In this document: piece after piece, positions 1 to 12,319 of the stretch
Layout of the letters: every line of letters begins with the position of its first letter
How positions within the stretch are numbered: the stretch's first letter is position 1
Assembly (NCBI RefSeq): GCF_009834535.1
Contig: NC_045696.1
Location: 52,330,001 to 52,394,000, forward strand
Length of the DNA stretch: 64,000 nucleotides
Origin: Camelus ferus
Taxonomy: Eukaryota
Reading direction: 5' to 3'
Notes under the pieces: model-generated
The model's input: only the letters and a program-made list of their open reading frames with translations
Database searches by the model: none
What the model was told of the DNA's origin: nothing
Translations under genes and position numbers: made by a program

Positions 1-130
1 GCAAAGAGGGATTTGAACTGTGTCCTGAATGTTGAGCAAGGATCTAGTTGTAGACAGTAGGAAGGGAGGGATTCTAATATAGAAGTGTTGTGCTGCCTGC
101 ATAATAGGTACAAAACTCAGAGTAACTGGG
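1..130 (-). mobile_element. L2 LINE fragment
   Basis: Purine-rich 'gaactgtgtcctgaatgttgagcaagga...gggaggggattc' resembles the antisense L2 3' region. Confidence 0.45.
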
Positions 131-775
131 ACACATCGTTAATACAACTTTTAAAAATTTGACTGTAAGCCCAAAAAACACTTACAGCATTTAATTAGTC
201 AGATTAAGGACTAATTTTCTAGTTGTGGAGGTGAAGCCAGGAGTAGTGAGCATTTTTTTTTCCCCTACTAGTTGAGTGGGTCTTTATGCAGAGATGTGAT
301 CTCAAAGTTGAGATAAGCATATGCTGACTTTATTGCCATCTTCACATGAACTAAGAAGGGAAGAAAGGGGATAATTCCTAGCAGAGACAAACAGTTAGAA
401 AGTACAGTTTCTTACCACTCCAGGAAAGGCACAGATCAGTGTCCTTTGCTTTCCTATCCTCTTTTAGAAACCATATTTGCCAGCAGGTTTGTATTTGCCT
501 ATAAGTTTAGTCTAAGCACCTATATAGAAACTATTCTATTTATATCCCTGATGCAAAATTTTCAGGGCAAGAATTGATTTGTGTCCACCCCAGAACAAAT
601 CTATTGTGGCCAGGAGATAGGTCACATTTTAGAAATGAGGCATGTCTCTCCTCAAGCTTACAGTTGATGAGGTTGAGGAGGGCAGTTATTTGCAAAAGGG
701 ATGCTGAGCAGATGCAACAAATAGTGTTCATTTCAATGGTCTTTTTTCACACCAAGGAAATATCAACCTCCCTTC

Positions 776-1080
776 TCATATGGGGCTTAATTTCAATTTT
801 CCTTCCTTCAGAATCTGAACTGCTAATGTGAGTAACTCCAGGTCTCTAGAATTTAATACTGAAGAAAGTTTGTAATGGAGCCTAGACTGTAATTCTGGTT
901 GGTCCTCCACATTTGTGAGGATTGTAGAATTGTAGAATCCCCCAAGCACCATAAAGAATATACTTGCTCGTTCAAGGAAACTTTCAGTGACCTCTGGTAT
1001 ATATTGGAAATTGGGCAACATTCTGTACCATTCTTGGCATATCTTCAAGGGAGGCATGACTTCTAGTAAGAGAGTAGGGA
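776..1080 (-). mobile_element. Possible ancient Ty3/Gypsy gag N-terminal relic
   Basis: Minus-strand peptide FQYIPEVTESFLERASIFF fits, without gaps, the recalled Gypsy gag pattern FxxxxExWESYxERxxxFF. Confidence 0.35.
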
Positions 1081-1259
1081 CCTGATATATGTATATATTC
1101 CCATTCTTTGTTGGTCCTTATGGCTTGTCAGGAAAAAAAAAAAAAAACTATCGTCTCTTATAGAGGAAAGTAACTAAAACCAAACATTAAAGCCCCATGG
1201 GAACCTTTTATTCTTCAGCTGTGGGTCTCCCTTCTCATATCTGTTTTGAGATCACATAA

Positions 1260-1700
1260 GAATAATAATGATAAAAATAGTCAACACTCACTGAATACTT
1301 ACTATGTGCCAGACACCTTCTAAGCCAATGCTGGGCAAAATATTATGGCCCAGGTCAGATCCAGCTGGCTACATGTTTTTATAAATACAGGTTTTTTGGA
1401 AAATAGCTACTTCTATTTGTTTATATATTATGGCTGCTTTTGCCCTACAGCAACAGAGCTGAGAAGTTGCAAGAGGGATCCTATGATCCACAAAGCCTAA
1501 AGTATTTACTATCTGACCCTTTGCAGAAAATTTGCTGACCCCCTGTTTAAGCATATAATATGTATGTAATACAACTCTCACAACAATCTCATAAGGTAGG
1601 TACTATTTTCTTCATTGCTATTTTACAGATAAGAAAACTGAGCCATAGAAAGATTTAAAAAAAACCTCCCCCAGTGTTGCACAGCTAGGAAGCATTAGAT
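1260..1700 (-). mobile_element. MIR SINE, interrupted by MER58A
   Basis: 'tacttactatgtgccagacac' and 'ttttacagataagaaaactgag' are antisense MIR core motifs on either side of the insertion. Confidence 0.85.
1326..1545 (+). mobile_element. MER58A-like hAT-Charlie MITE
   Basis: 'ggcaaa...atggccc', 'cacaaagcctaaagtatttactatctgaccctttgcagaaaatttgctgaccccctg'; flanks ttctaagc / tttaagc look like a decayed TSD. Confidence 0.9.
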
Positions 1701-1826
1701 AACTAGACTTGTCTTACATTCTCAGAATTTTGAAATGTTAGTCAGAAAAAAGAAGTACATCAAGATCCTGATAATAATAGCTACCATTAATAAAGAACAT
1801 ATATGAGTGCTGAGGTTAATTATGTT

Positions 1827-2041
1827 CAGTGGTTCTCAACCAGGAGTGATTTTGACCCCTGGGGGACATTTGGTAGTGTTTGGAGACGTTTTTGGTTGTC
1901 ACACTAGAGAGGGGAATGCTACTAGCATCTAGTGAGTAGAGGCCAGGATGCTGCAGAACATCCTACGATACACAGGACAGCCCCCACAACATATAATCAC
2001 CTGGCCCCAAGTGTCGATAATGTCACTGTTGAGGATCCTTG
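1827..2041 (+). mobile_element. MER20 hAT-Charlie MITE
   Basis: 'cagtggttctcaacc...gggggacatttgg...ttttggttgtcaca...gtagaggccaggatgctg...cacaggacagccccc'. Confidence 0.92.
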
Positions 2042-2401
2042 ATGTGATCTAGTCATTATAATGTAAGTTAGACCTTTCTGAGTTATAATAAACAGTGACT
2101 CATTTAGTTTACCTCAGTTAATTAGTGTTTAAGTATACATAGGGAACATAGAAATATTAGAAGTGGAGGTAGTGTCTGTGGCTAAAGAGAGAGACCTTGA
2201 GAACTGGGAGATCCATCAGAGTCCAGAGTACTTCTAGTAGAAGCAGAAGTCTATTGCTTGCAACTCCAGTGTTCTATAGAGGGGACTCAACTACTCCCTG
2301 TCTCAGCTATTGCTATTTCCATGGTGACTACTGGTGCTAATTAATGGATTCTCCTTGTCTATATTCTTTTCTGCTACTTGCTTCCTTTTACTCACAGCTT
2401 C

Positions 2402-2865
2402 TGTATTAATTTCCTATTGCTACTGTAACAAAGTTAGCACAAACTTAGTGGCCTAAAACAAATTTATTCTTTTACAGTTCTGAAAGTCAGAAGTCCAGAA
2501 TCAGTCTTAGTGGGCTAAAATCGAGGTATTGGCCGGCTCCTTTGCGAGGCTCCGAGGGAAGAATCCATTTCCAAGCCTTTTCAGCTTCTAGTGGCTGCCT
2601 GTATTTCTTCCACCCTCAAAGCACATCACTCAGATCTCTGCTTCTGTCATTACATTGCCTTCTGTCTGACTCTGACTTCTGAATCCTTCTTTGTAAGGAC
2701 CATTATGATAGCATCAGTTCCACCTGGATAATCCAGGGTAACCTTCCCATCTCAAAATCCTTAACTTAATCACATCTGTAAAGTCCCTTTTGCCATATAA
2801 GGTATTCTTCGTTTCCAGGGATTGGGATGTGGATATCTTTGGGGGCCACTATTCAACCTACCACA
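2402..2865 (-). mobile_element. MaLR solo LTR (MLT1C/D-like)
   Basis: TG..CA ends; 'tgtattaatttcctattgctactgtaacaa...cacaaacttagtgg' through 'gggccactattcaacctaccaca'. Confidence 0.9.
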
Positions 2866-3179
2866 CCCTTCAAAGCCTGATGCCTTCCACTCATTTCCTT
2901 CACTCTCTGTATCACTCAATTTCTGCTCTGTTCAGTTGTTCATGTCCCTCTGTGTATGTTTTAAACTTCCCCCAAGAAAATATCTTATTGAATCAGCTAG
3001 TTACCATCCCACAAAGTTTTCTTATTGGTTAGAACTCTTATTTTAGGCTATCTCATAAGTTGATAGACACAATAGATGGTTGCTCTTGGCTCAGATGCTA
3101 ATTTCTAAGTGATGTAAAGATAGTGAGTTCCTGGGGTTCACAGCAAGGTAATTTGTGGCTAAGGAAAAGTTTGTAGTTG

Positions 3180-3598
3180 TGTGGTAAATTGCATTAATGA
3201 CTCCAGTTCTTTATGGGTCCCTATATCTGCTGTTTGCCATGAGACTTCACATTCTTCCTGCTGAAGAGACAGAATGTTTTCTCATTGTTTGATTTTGGGC
3301 TTGGCCATGTACATTATTTTAGCCAGTAGAATGAGGCAGAAATGGCAGTATGCCAGTCTGAACCTAGGTCAAGAGGAATTGCATGTTTTTCCTATCTTTG
3401 TGCCCTTACACCATTGCGGCAGAAGAACAGGCCTGGCCAGCTTGCTGGACCCAGGAAAAGAATGAGAGGCATGCAGAACATAAGTGCCCCAAATGGGTCA
3501 CTCCCATCAGCCAACTTCTAGTCAACCCACTGATGCATGAGCCAAATAAATGCTACTGAGATTTAGAGGTTCTTTTTCATTCAGCTAGAGCTGACACA
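3180..3598 (+). mobile_element. MaLR solo LTR (MLT1H/I-like)
   Basis: 'gggcttggccatgt...agaatgaggcagaaatggcagtatgccagt', 'gccaaataaatgct'. Confidence 0.75.
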
Positions 3599-5872
3599 GT
3601 CAGATTTCTTTAAAATAAGTCTGTAGATGAAGTAGCTTTAATGAGCATATGGTTGTGGGCATCACAGGCACTAGAGGTAAGTTTGTTATAAGAGAACTTA
3701 ATTTTTTCTCTTTCTAAATTGGTAAATATATTAGAAACAGTAAACTATGATATAGTCCAGGACAAACTCTACTATTAATTCTTTAAAAACCTTTTAATTT
3801 ATGAGTAGGCTATGGCAATCTGGTCAAATACATGAAGACTCATATCGGTATGAGTCAGTCAAACATCAAATTCTTTGTGTATTCTACTGACCACACAAGT
3901 AATTTTATTTGAAAATGTTAAACTTATGATAGTGCAGAAAGGTCTTCATTCTTAAGATGTTGATTCTGAAAATTTTAGGCTTTAAGAACCAATTTTGGCA
4001 TTTATGAAACAGACAATGTTTCTTGCTCCTTTTTATGTTGCTTTTATATGTAGGACAGTATACCACTATAGAAATGTCTCTTCTTCAGACATATAAATAA
4101 CAACAAATACTACTATAATAACCACCTTGAAATGAGTTTTTAATTGGTTTGATGACTATAGTAGCAATTCTCAAAATATGCTAGCTCTGTTTACTTTAAT
4201 TTTATTCAGCATATGGGCATAGGAAAGCATTAGCATTTTCCAATTCCAAGGACGAATGTGTTTAATGTTAAAATAACTCAGAACAGTTTTATGTTTTTCA
4301 TCACGAAGTTCAAGCAAGAAATATAAATACAAAAACTTGGGTCTGCTGCTATTTTTTTATATAAATTTGGTCAAGCTGTCAAGGATATGATTATAGAGAG
4401 CTTGTGGATCAACTATTTGGGCTTCCTTTAACCATCAACTCAACTAACACATGTTACCATATTATTTTCACCAATAAGCCAGTTATTTGAAAGCATTCAT
4501 ACTGTGTAGGTATGTTTTTAACCTCAATTTTATCCATCATCAATTCTGAATACCCTTTTCATGCAGAGTAGAAGTTGTATGATTGGTGCCATACCTGGTA
4601 GCAGAATATAAGAAAATGACAGGTGTTCGGGTTTGAGTCTCAGTCCACACAACCAGCTTGCAGTAAATATAACTTTCATCTCTTATTTTTCGACTGAACT
4701 TAATTTCAACTTTGAGACCTTATTCTGCTGAGTGGTGTAAACTCAGTCACTTTGGGGTTACACCTCTGATCTTCCAGTGTTGAGTCCAACGTCCATGGGA
4801 CTTATAAGATGCCAAGTGGGAATAGAGGGAGAATTTGGCATAGGTTATCATCTATCAGTTCTGGCATCTTCAGGAATAGCTTTCTTCTCATCTGAGCTTT
4901 AGTTGCCTATCAGCACAGAATACTTCAGAGTTTTTATTTTTCCTGATGATAAGATTCCTTCAGATGTTCTCCAAAAACTTGTTGAAAACTATTTTCAAAG
5001 CCAAACAGAGCAGAAACTTATATAGCTTATCTCTTCTCCACTCAGTCTTCAGGGAATATTTCCTTAGGCAGGGGCTACCATAGCCATGGAAGTTTATCTG
5101 TGGCTTCTTGTAGAAGCTCAAGCAACCTTTTCCCTGTGCTTTTTTGCTTCTACCCAGCCACCCTAGTTTGACTCAAGCTGTGCTGTGTATAAGGGACAAG
5201 CTGCCGCAAGCTGGTGAGCTCTGTCCCTTGACCATTCTTTGGAATGTCACACCCTGCTGTGGTTTGGTCTTGGGTAGGGCTTTTGCTCTGCACATTCACA
5301 GAGATGCATACAGATGTCTTGCAATTGTATTTTTTTTGTGCATGTGACTCTATGGGGGACTTGGGGAAAGAGATAGCATGAATGAGACAAGGGGTTGGTG
5401 CAGGAGATGGGGGGTAAACAGATACTTTTCTAATATGATAGGGATATGATTCTGATCGCTGAGCTTAAAAAAACATATTACAAAATTTGTAGTATGACCT
5501 TAATTGTGTAAAAATATGCATTAGAAATACAAGAATTATGTCAAGATGAAAGAAGTGTTTGCCTCTGAGTAAAGGGTGCTTCTTTTCCCACCTTCTCAAA
5601 CTAATATCAGCACATTTTCAGCCCATAATCCTCTGCAGGATATATTTTCTATAACATCATCCTCAAATACAAAATATCACATCACTGTAATAGATGATGA
5701 TAACTGAACCAGATAAGTCACAATACAGTCTTACTGCCCACCCAAGTTTTTTCCCTGCCAAATGATTTCTCCAGGAAATCTTGTAATGCTCATGTTAAGG
5801 AAAAGTCTATTTTAGCTCTTTTTAAATGTTACAAAAGCAAGGCAGCAGAAATGGTGAAATACAGCTTTTAGT

Positions 5873-6059
5873 AGGGGTTCTTGAGTAAAGTGTGGTTCTG
5901 AACTAGCAGCATCAGCATCACCAGGAAACTTGTTAGAAACAGAGATTCTTGAGCCCCTCCAGAGACCTGCCTAATCAGAAACTCTAGAGCTGAGGCCTAG
6001 CAGTCTGTGCTTTAACAAGCCTTGCAGGTGATTCTGATGCCCAAGTGTGAGAGCCACTG
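5873..6059 (+). mobile_element. MER5A hAT-Charlie MITE
   Basis: 'agcagcatcagcatcacc...cttgttagaa...aatcagaaactct...tttaacaagcc...ggtgattctgatgc...gagagccactg'. Confidence 0.9.
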
Positions 6060-6067
6060 GTCTGAAT

Positions 6068-6248
6068 CAGGGGTGGGCAAACTGTGGCCCAGAGGCCAAA
6101 TCTGCCCACCTACTGTATATAACATTATTGGAAGACAGCCTTGCTCACTGGATGTAGCAGGCTTGAGTAGTTTCAACAGAGACCTTAAGGCCCACAAAGC
6201 CTAAAATATTTACTATCTTATCCTTTACGGAAAGTTTGTCAACCGCTG
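6068..6248 (+). mobile_element. MER58A-like hAT MITE (internally deleted)
   Basis: 'caggggtgggcaaactgtggccc...ggccaaatctgcccac' and 'cacaaagcctaaaatatttactatct'. Confidence 0.88.
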
Positions 6249-7070
6249 ATTTAGAGGATAGAAACCTCTTGAATTTTAGCTCATAAATATTTTTTCTCCA
6301 TTGGAAGTAGAGTCTTTCTTAAGCATTTACTCCATTACAGGTGTTTTATGACAAACTATCTATGAACTTATAAATTTAATTGAATGTGCTGATGTGGATT
6401 CATTAATATAGAGCTTTTTTGAATGTGGAATGATTATTCTTGACCACTGTCATTAACTTCTGTTCTAGAAATAAATATTAAATCAAAGAAAAAATAATTC
6501 TTAAAAACTAAAAAAAATCACAAAGGCATATATATTGCTGTGTTAAAGAGGCAAAATAAATCTAAAGGGTTCCACCTGCTGGTAGAAATTAAAAATGACT
6601 ACAAATTAAAATAATGCACTTTAAAAATTATCTGATTAAGTCAAAAGTGATGGTTACGGAAGTTTAGCCTGAAAGGACAATCATCTAATTTCTTTATTTT
6701 TTTTAAAAACTGACATTGAATATGAAAATAAAATTGTAACCCATTTTAATAGATTACACAAAGCATACAGATAACAATTTTTTTTAAACTATAAGCTTTG
6801 TGAAGGTAGAGGCCATGTCTGTCTTGCTCATCAGGATACTCCCATCACTAAGTAAACTGCTATGTTTAAATAATTTAGTCATATGATTTAGAGTTGCATA
6901 AAACACTAAATTGTTATAGAAAGTTTTGTAGTTTTAATTTTAAAAATCATAGTTGTTATGAAACCACTGAAAACACATTTAGTAATAATTTTACTCCTTA
7001 AATGGAAATTCTTCATTAACAAATTTAGCATAAATATGTCATAAAACATTTCATTTCTTAGAAAGATGAA

Positions 7071-7295
7071 TGTGTCAGTCAGGATTGGCTCTGCTATGCT
7101 GAGGTAAAAAATGATGCCTAAATCTCAATGGTTTACAACAACAAAGATCGTTTTCTGGTTCATATACACTATGGCTTGCCTGCAACTCTCCTCCCATTGT
7201 GTCTCATTTTGGGACCCAGCTGTTTAAACTCCTTTATCTGAAATGTAACTGGTCATCTTGACACAGAAAAAGAGACTTGAACCATACACAGACTT
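7071..7295 (-). mobile_element. Old MaLR LTR (MLT1J/K-like), left part; resumes at about 8982-9090
   Basis: 'aaatctcaatggtttacaacaacaaag', 'gggacccag'; continuation 'ccaaaagaagtcacgtggtca' lies after the L1 insertion. Confidence 0.65.
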
Positions 7296-7297
7296 TG

Positions 7298-8480
7298 TCC
7301 TTTTTTAAGACATCTTTATTGAGGTATCATTTCCATACCATAAATCTGCCCATTCTAAGTGTACAATTCAGTGTCTTTTAGTAAATTTGTGGAGTTGTGC
7401 AATGGATCACTGCAGTCCATTTTTAGAACATTTCATTGTCATACCCCTAGAACAACTCCCATCCCCATGTGCCGCAAATTTTCTTTCCTATTCCTGGCTC
7501 TAGGCAAAAATTAGTCTGCTTTCTGTCTAAAAATTTGCCCTTTATGGACATTTGATATGAATGGGAACATGCAATATGTAATCTGCTGTGTCTGACTTTG
7601 CATGATTTTGTGGTTCCTCTGTGTTGCAGCATGTACCAATAGCTTGTTTCTTTTTATTAGTAAACAATTTTCCCTTATGTGGATATATCACATTTTTTTA
7701 ATCCATTCACCAGTTGATGGACATTTGTCTTGTTTCAGGTTTTTGACTGTTAAATATAAAACTGCTGTGTACATCCGCACACAGTATTTATTTGGATATA
7801 TTGTTTTATTTGTCTTGGTTAAATACCTGGGAGTAGATTTGCTGGGTTGTATGATAAATCCATATGTAACTTATTAAGAACTGCCAAACTTTTACAAAGT
7901 GACTAGCCATTTTACATTCCTACTGGCAACATATGAGAGTTCCACTTTCTTCATATCTTTGCCAACCCTTGTTATTGTTTGTCTTTTTTATTATAGCCAT
8001 TCCAGTGTGTGTGAAGTGGTAGTTCATTGCAGTTTCAATTTATATTTCCTAATTAAAATGGCTAATGTAATTAAGCATCTTTTCATGTGCTTGTTAACCA
8101 TATCTTTGATGAAATATCTATTCGAATCCTTTGCCAATTTTTTTGAGTTTTCTTCTTACTGAATTTCAAGAGTTCTTTATATATTCTGGATTAAATCTTT
8201 ATCAAGTATGTAATTGGCAGATATTTTCTCCCAGTCTGTGGCTTGTCTTTATTTTCTTTATGGTATCTTTTGAAGCACAAAAAATTTAAATTTTTGCAAA
8301 ATCTAATTTGTCAGTTTTTTTCTTTTATGAATTATGTTCTTGGTGTTACATCTAAGAGTTCTTTGCCTAACCTAAGTTCATGAAGATTCTCTATTATGTT
8401 TTCTCTAGAAGTTGTATAGTTTTGGTTCTTGTATTTATGTCTATGATCCATTTTGAGATAGTTTTTGTGTTTAGTTATGA
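7298..8480 (-). mobile_element. L1 (L1MB-like) 3' UTR and ORF2 end
   Basis: 'tttattgaggtat', 'aagtgtacaattcagtg', 'atccattcaccagttgatggacattt', 'atattttctcccagtctgtggcttgtctt', 'tctatgatccattttgag'. Confidence 0.93.
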
Positions 8481-8484
8481 GGAA

Positions 8485-8960
8485 AGCTGTCTCATTCTTA
8501 ATTTCTCCTCATTAAATTTCTGACTAGTTTGCCAGTCTATTACTTGCCCTAACCTTAATCACAACTTAAGGCTATCCATGACATTGTCCTTCCTGATTGT
8601 TTGTCACAAAGTTCACTATTGTTTTTGACAATGCCCTGGATGTGGGGATTTTCCACTCTGTCCAAATCAAGTTGTCCACTTTGGTAGTAAAGATACTGAT
8701 TTTCATGGTGTACCTGCCCTGAGGGTAGTGTAGGGGCAATGCCATGCTCAAGTGCCATAAGTTCCTACTCTTCTTACCCAAGGTTCAGTAGTTTATCTTC
8801 AGTAGATGTTTCTTGGTTAACTGTATGCCTTTGGTTGATTTTCATAATTGGCTTTTTTTTTTTCAAGTGTCCATTTTGTTTGTTTCTTTTTCTTTTTGGG
8901 GAGAGGATTTGCGAAGCTTCTCACTCTGCCATTCCAGAAGTCCCAGCTTCTCTGAGACAG
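8485..8960 (-). mobile_element. L1M 5' UTR start segment
   Basis: Ends in 'ctctgccattccagaagtcc' (minus strand ggacttctggaatggcagag, a typical L1M 5' terminus); 'ttggggagagga' and 'gttcagtagttt' motifs. Confidence 0.7.
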
Positions 8961-9103
8961 TTTTCATAACACAGGATTTTGAAAGCTTTAAAACATAATA
9001 AAGTGTGTTATTTCTGTCTAGATTTTGTGAACCAAAAGAAGTCACGTGGTCATTTCTTTGTTCAACAAGATAAGATATTCCATAGAGGACATCACAAGGA
9101 TGA

Positions 9104-9742
9104 TGTAGTAAGCAGCTTCTGATGTGGTTCCCAGTGGTCTCTGCCTTCCGATACTCACTCTGGTGTGTCATCCCTTCCCCTTATATGTGGCCTGGACTTA
9201 GTGACTGTCTCCTAATAAATAGAATTCAACAAAAGTGATGCAATGTTACTTCCATGATTAAGTTATCCACGACTGTTAATTCCATCTTGTTAGCATTCTC
9301 TCTCTCTCGCCCGCTCGCTTGCTCTCTCTCTTGCTGGATCTTCCTCATTCTTTCTCTTGCCTTCTTGGGTTGCTCACACTGAAAAAGTGAGCTGTCATAC
9401 TGGAGAAGCTCACATGGCTAGGAACTGAGGATGACCTCTGGTCAACAGCCAGCACAGAACTGAAGTCTTCCTGTTAATTGCAACAGCCCACAAGGAACTG
9501 AATATTGCCAGCAACCAAGGAGTGAGCTTGGAAACTGATTCTCCCTCAGTTGAATCTTGAGATGACTGCAGCCCTGGCTGACACCTTGATGGCAGCCTTG
9601 TATGAGACTCTGGAGCAGAGAACCCTGTTAAGCCATGTCCACATTCCTGATTCACAGAAACTGTGAGATAATGAATGCTTGTTGTTTTAAGCAACTGAAT
9701 TGTGGGGGTTATTTCTTATGCAGTGAATAGGTAACTAATACA
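9104..9742 (+). mobile_element. MaLR solo LTR (MLT1E/F-like)
   Basis: TG..CA ends; 'ggacttagtgact', 'gatgactgcagccctggctgacaccttgat', 'cacagaaactgtgagataat', 'aactaataca'. Confidence 0.9.
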
Positions 9743-10214
9743 GACAGTAACTAAAATATTTGGTGAAGAATCAAGTAATCTACCACAATAAACACAATAG
9801 ACATGGAATTGGGTATGGTGCTTCTTGCCTTATATAGGATCAGTACTTCTAAACAAATCAAATTTTATTCAGAGTGGTTTTCCATGGACTTAGAACCCAG
9901 CATTTGCCCTGAGTTTCTGCTCTTATTTTATAAAATCATAAAATATTGGGGTCACAATTTCATTATCTCCAGAAACGTAATTACAGAAATACTACTCAGC
10001 CACAACAAAATAAATACATTTTTGTAAAATGAAATTGAAAAAGTTAAATTTTCCTTGGGCATTGTTTATGGAGTACTCTAATTTCTCATTGATATTTTGT
10101 GAATTGGTAAATGCTTTGATGGCTATCTACTCTTTATAATTTAAAATAGTATAGAAGTGCTAAAATCAACCTTCACCTGTATAAAAATTCTCAGTTAATC
10201 ATATAAAGAGAGAT

Positions 10215-10790
10215 TCTTCCAAAGAGTAGAGTATGGAAAGGGAGACCAATAAAAGTAACTTGATAATGGAGAAACCTAACAGGACCTCTAGCCAGATGAC
10301 CAACGTTAACATCAATAGTGATGTCATATTGGTAGTGTGTACCCTTGATAAGGTATGATGGGAATGCAACTTTTGCTCTGTGGTATTCCTCCCCAAAACA
10401 CATTACCCTAATCTAGTCATGAGAAAAACATCAAATAAATCCCAGTGGAGGGATATTCTACAAAGTACCTGACCAGTAACCCTCAAAACTTTCAAAGTCA
10501 CCAAAACCAAGGAAAGCTTGAGAAACCATCACAATCAATACTGAATATAACGTAATATCCTAGGACAGGAAAAAAATAGGTAAAAACGAAGGAAATCTGA
10601 GTAAAGAATGGGCTTTAGTGGACGGTAATGTATTAATATCAGGTCATTAATTGTGACACATATATCTTACTAATGTAAGATGTTAATAATAAAGGAAACT
10701 GTGGGATAAAGGGAAACTCCATTATCTTTGCAATAAAGTTATTTAAATGTAAATTTTCTCTAAAAATAGTGTATTATAAAATACAAAGAG
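10215..10790 (+). mobile_element. L1MC/L1MD 3' UTR fragment
   Basis: 'ctgtggtattcctccccaaaac', 'gagggatattctaca', 'cctgaccagta', 'aatgtaagatgttaataata'. Confidence 0.85.
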
Positions 10791-11845
10791 AAAAATATCT
10801 CATTCTAAATAGCAACAAAATTATGAAATTTCTAGAAATTAAGAAAAATACGCAGGATCTATAAGAAGAAAACAATTTTTCTAAATAAACAAAGTGATCA
10901 AAAGAAGACTTAAATAATGGAGAAACAGGCCATGCTCTTGGATCAGAGGGCCAAATATTATAAAGTTATCTTTTCTGCCCACACTTATTTATAATTTCAA
11001 AGTCTTTCCAAATATATCCGTAGTATTTCTCATTGAACTGGAAAAAATGCCCTATCTTTTAAAATAAATGGGCAAAGATGATCAAACTGTAAGCAGATAG
11101 TGTAAGGGCTCGCCAGAGAAAGAGAACCTCATATGGCTTTCTTGACAGAAGAGAAGCCGTTTTATGCCTAAGCCATTTTGTGACCAAAGCCTGGCCATAA
11201 TGCTTGCCCTTGAGCAGGTCTCAGTAATTAATGATCTTAAAGGAACAAAAGAATGCAGAAACAAAGGACTGCTATTAGGCAAGAGAAGTAACAATAGCAA
11301 AGATAATAAATCAGTTGTGAAGACTCCCAGTTCTACTTCAATGCAAATTAAAGATGAGCCTGAAGCACATTCTTGAGCAGTTTTGCAGAATTCAACCCCT
11401 CCTGGAACACTCAACCCCCAGATCAACAGGAACCTAAGCAATAATGCTGCTGACCTTTTCTGACCCTTGTGTCTTCAACTAAAACTTGGACTTTGCCCAC
11501 CTTTGCCCCAATTCTATGCTGAATTCTCTGCTCAAGCCCCTTCATGAATATGTGTATAATACCCTTAGTTTAAAAATCCCCTAGTTTTGCTATTGGGGAG
11601 ACAGTTCTTTGGTAAAGATCCTCAGTGATGTTCTCCTTACTTGCTGGAAGTAATAAATTCTTCCTTATTCAACCTTTGGCTTGGTTGTGTCTTTTGGCTC
11701 AACACCAACCAGGTGAGCCCAGTTTTCAGGTTAAAAAACTACATTTTAAAAATAAAATAAATGTGATGATATAGCCAACCAGCTATTGTATTATTTCATA
11801 AAGCTATACTTATTAAAATAGTGCAGCACTGGTGAAATAATACAA
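10791..11845 (+). mobile_element. Old L1M/L1ME ORF2 fragment, interrupted by an LTR
   Basis: 'aatagcaacaaaa', 'agaagacttaaataatggagaaacaggccatgctcttggat', 'cataaagctata...aaaatagtg'. Confidence 0.65.
11088..11735 (+). mobile_element. ERV1-class solo LTR
   Basis: Starts TGTAAG; AATAAA at about 11652; 4-bp TSD AAAC at 11084-11087 and 11736-11739. Confidence 0.8.
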
Positions 11846-11867
11846 TCTCTCTCTTTTTAATGTATAC

Positions 11868-12317
11868 TGTTTGTTTTGGGGCACAGGACAGGCCAGTGAG
11901 CTGGGTGCAGGGTGATAAAAGACTTTACCAAAGGCAAAGGGTCAGAATAGGAAAGGAGTTTATTAGGTTACACTGTCATAGACAACAGCGGGCCACACAG
12001 ATGAGAGGTGCCTATGTGAGCACCTAGGGCCAGCTGTTGGAGTCTTTTATAAGGTAGGGTCAGTCTCTGATTGGCTGTCGGTGAGTTAGAAGTTTAAGGT
12101 CTGTGAAGGGCAATGGGGTTTATGATTCTGATAAGGTGGGCTGAAACAAGCCAGACTGAGCTATTGTGACATTAAGCATTACCTAGGGCTATTAGTTTGT
12201 TAGGGCAAACACACCCAGTAAAGAATGTACTTTATCTGTTTAGGGATTGCAGGCAGACATCTGAGAGCCCAGAAATGGGGATCTTTGCACTTTAAAGGAC
12301 TCCATTTGTCCCAACAC
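11868..12317 (-). mobile_element. ERV1-class solo LTR
   Basis: TG..CA ends ('tgtttg'...'cccaaca'); minus-strand AATAAA (tttatt about 11960), TATA (ttttata about 12045) and CCAAT (gattggc about 12070) in LTR order. Confidence 0.7.
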
Positions 12318-12319
12318 TA

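Noticed and set aside
4560..5350. GC-elevated block as an exon or pseudogene
   Set aside because: The frames I read gave only short open stretches with no recognisable motif; probably an old repeat, left unassigned.
7447..8162. ORFs of 61-91 aa
   Set aside because: They lie within the L1 3' region and are typical L1-derived pseudo-ORFs.
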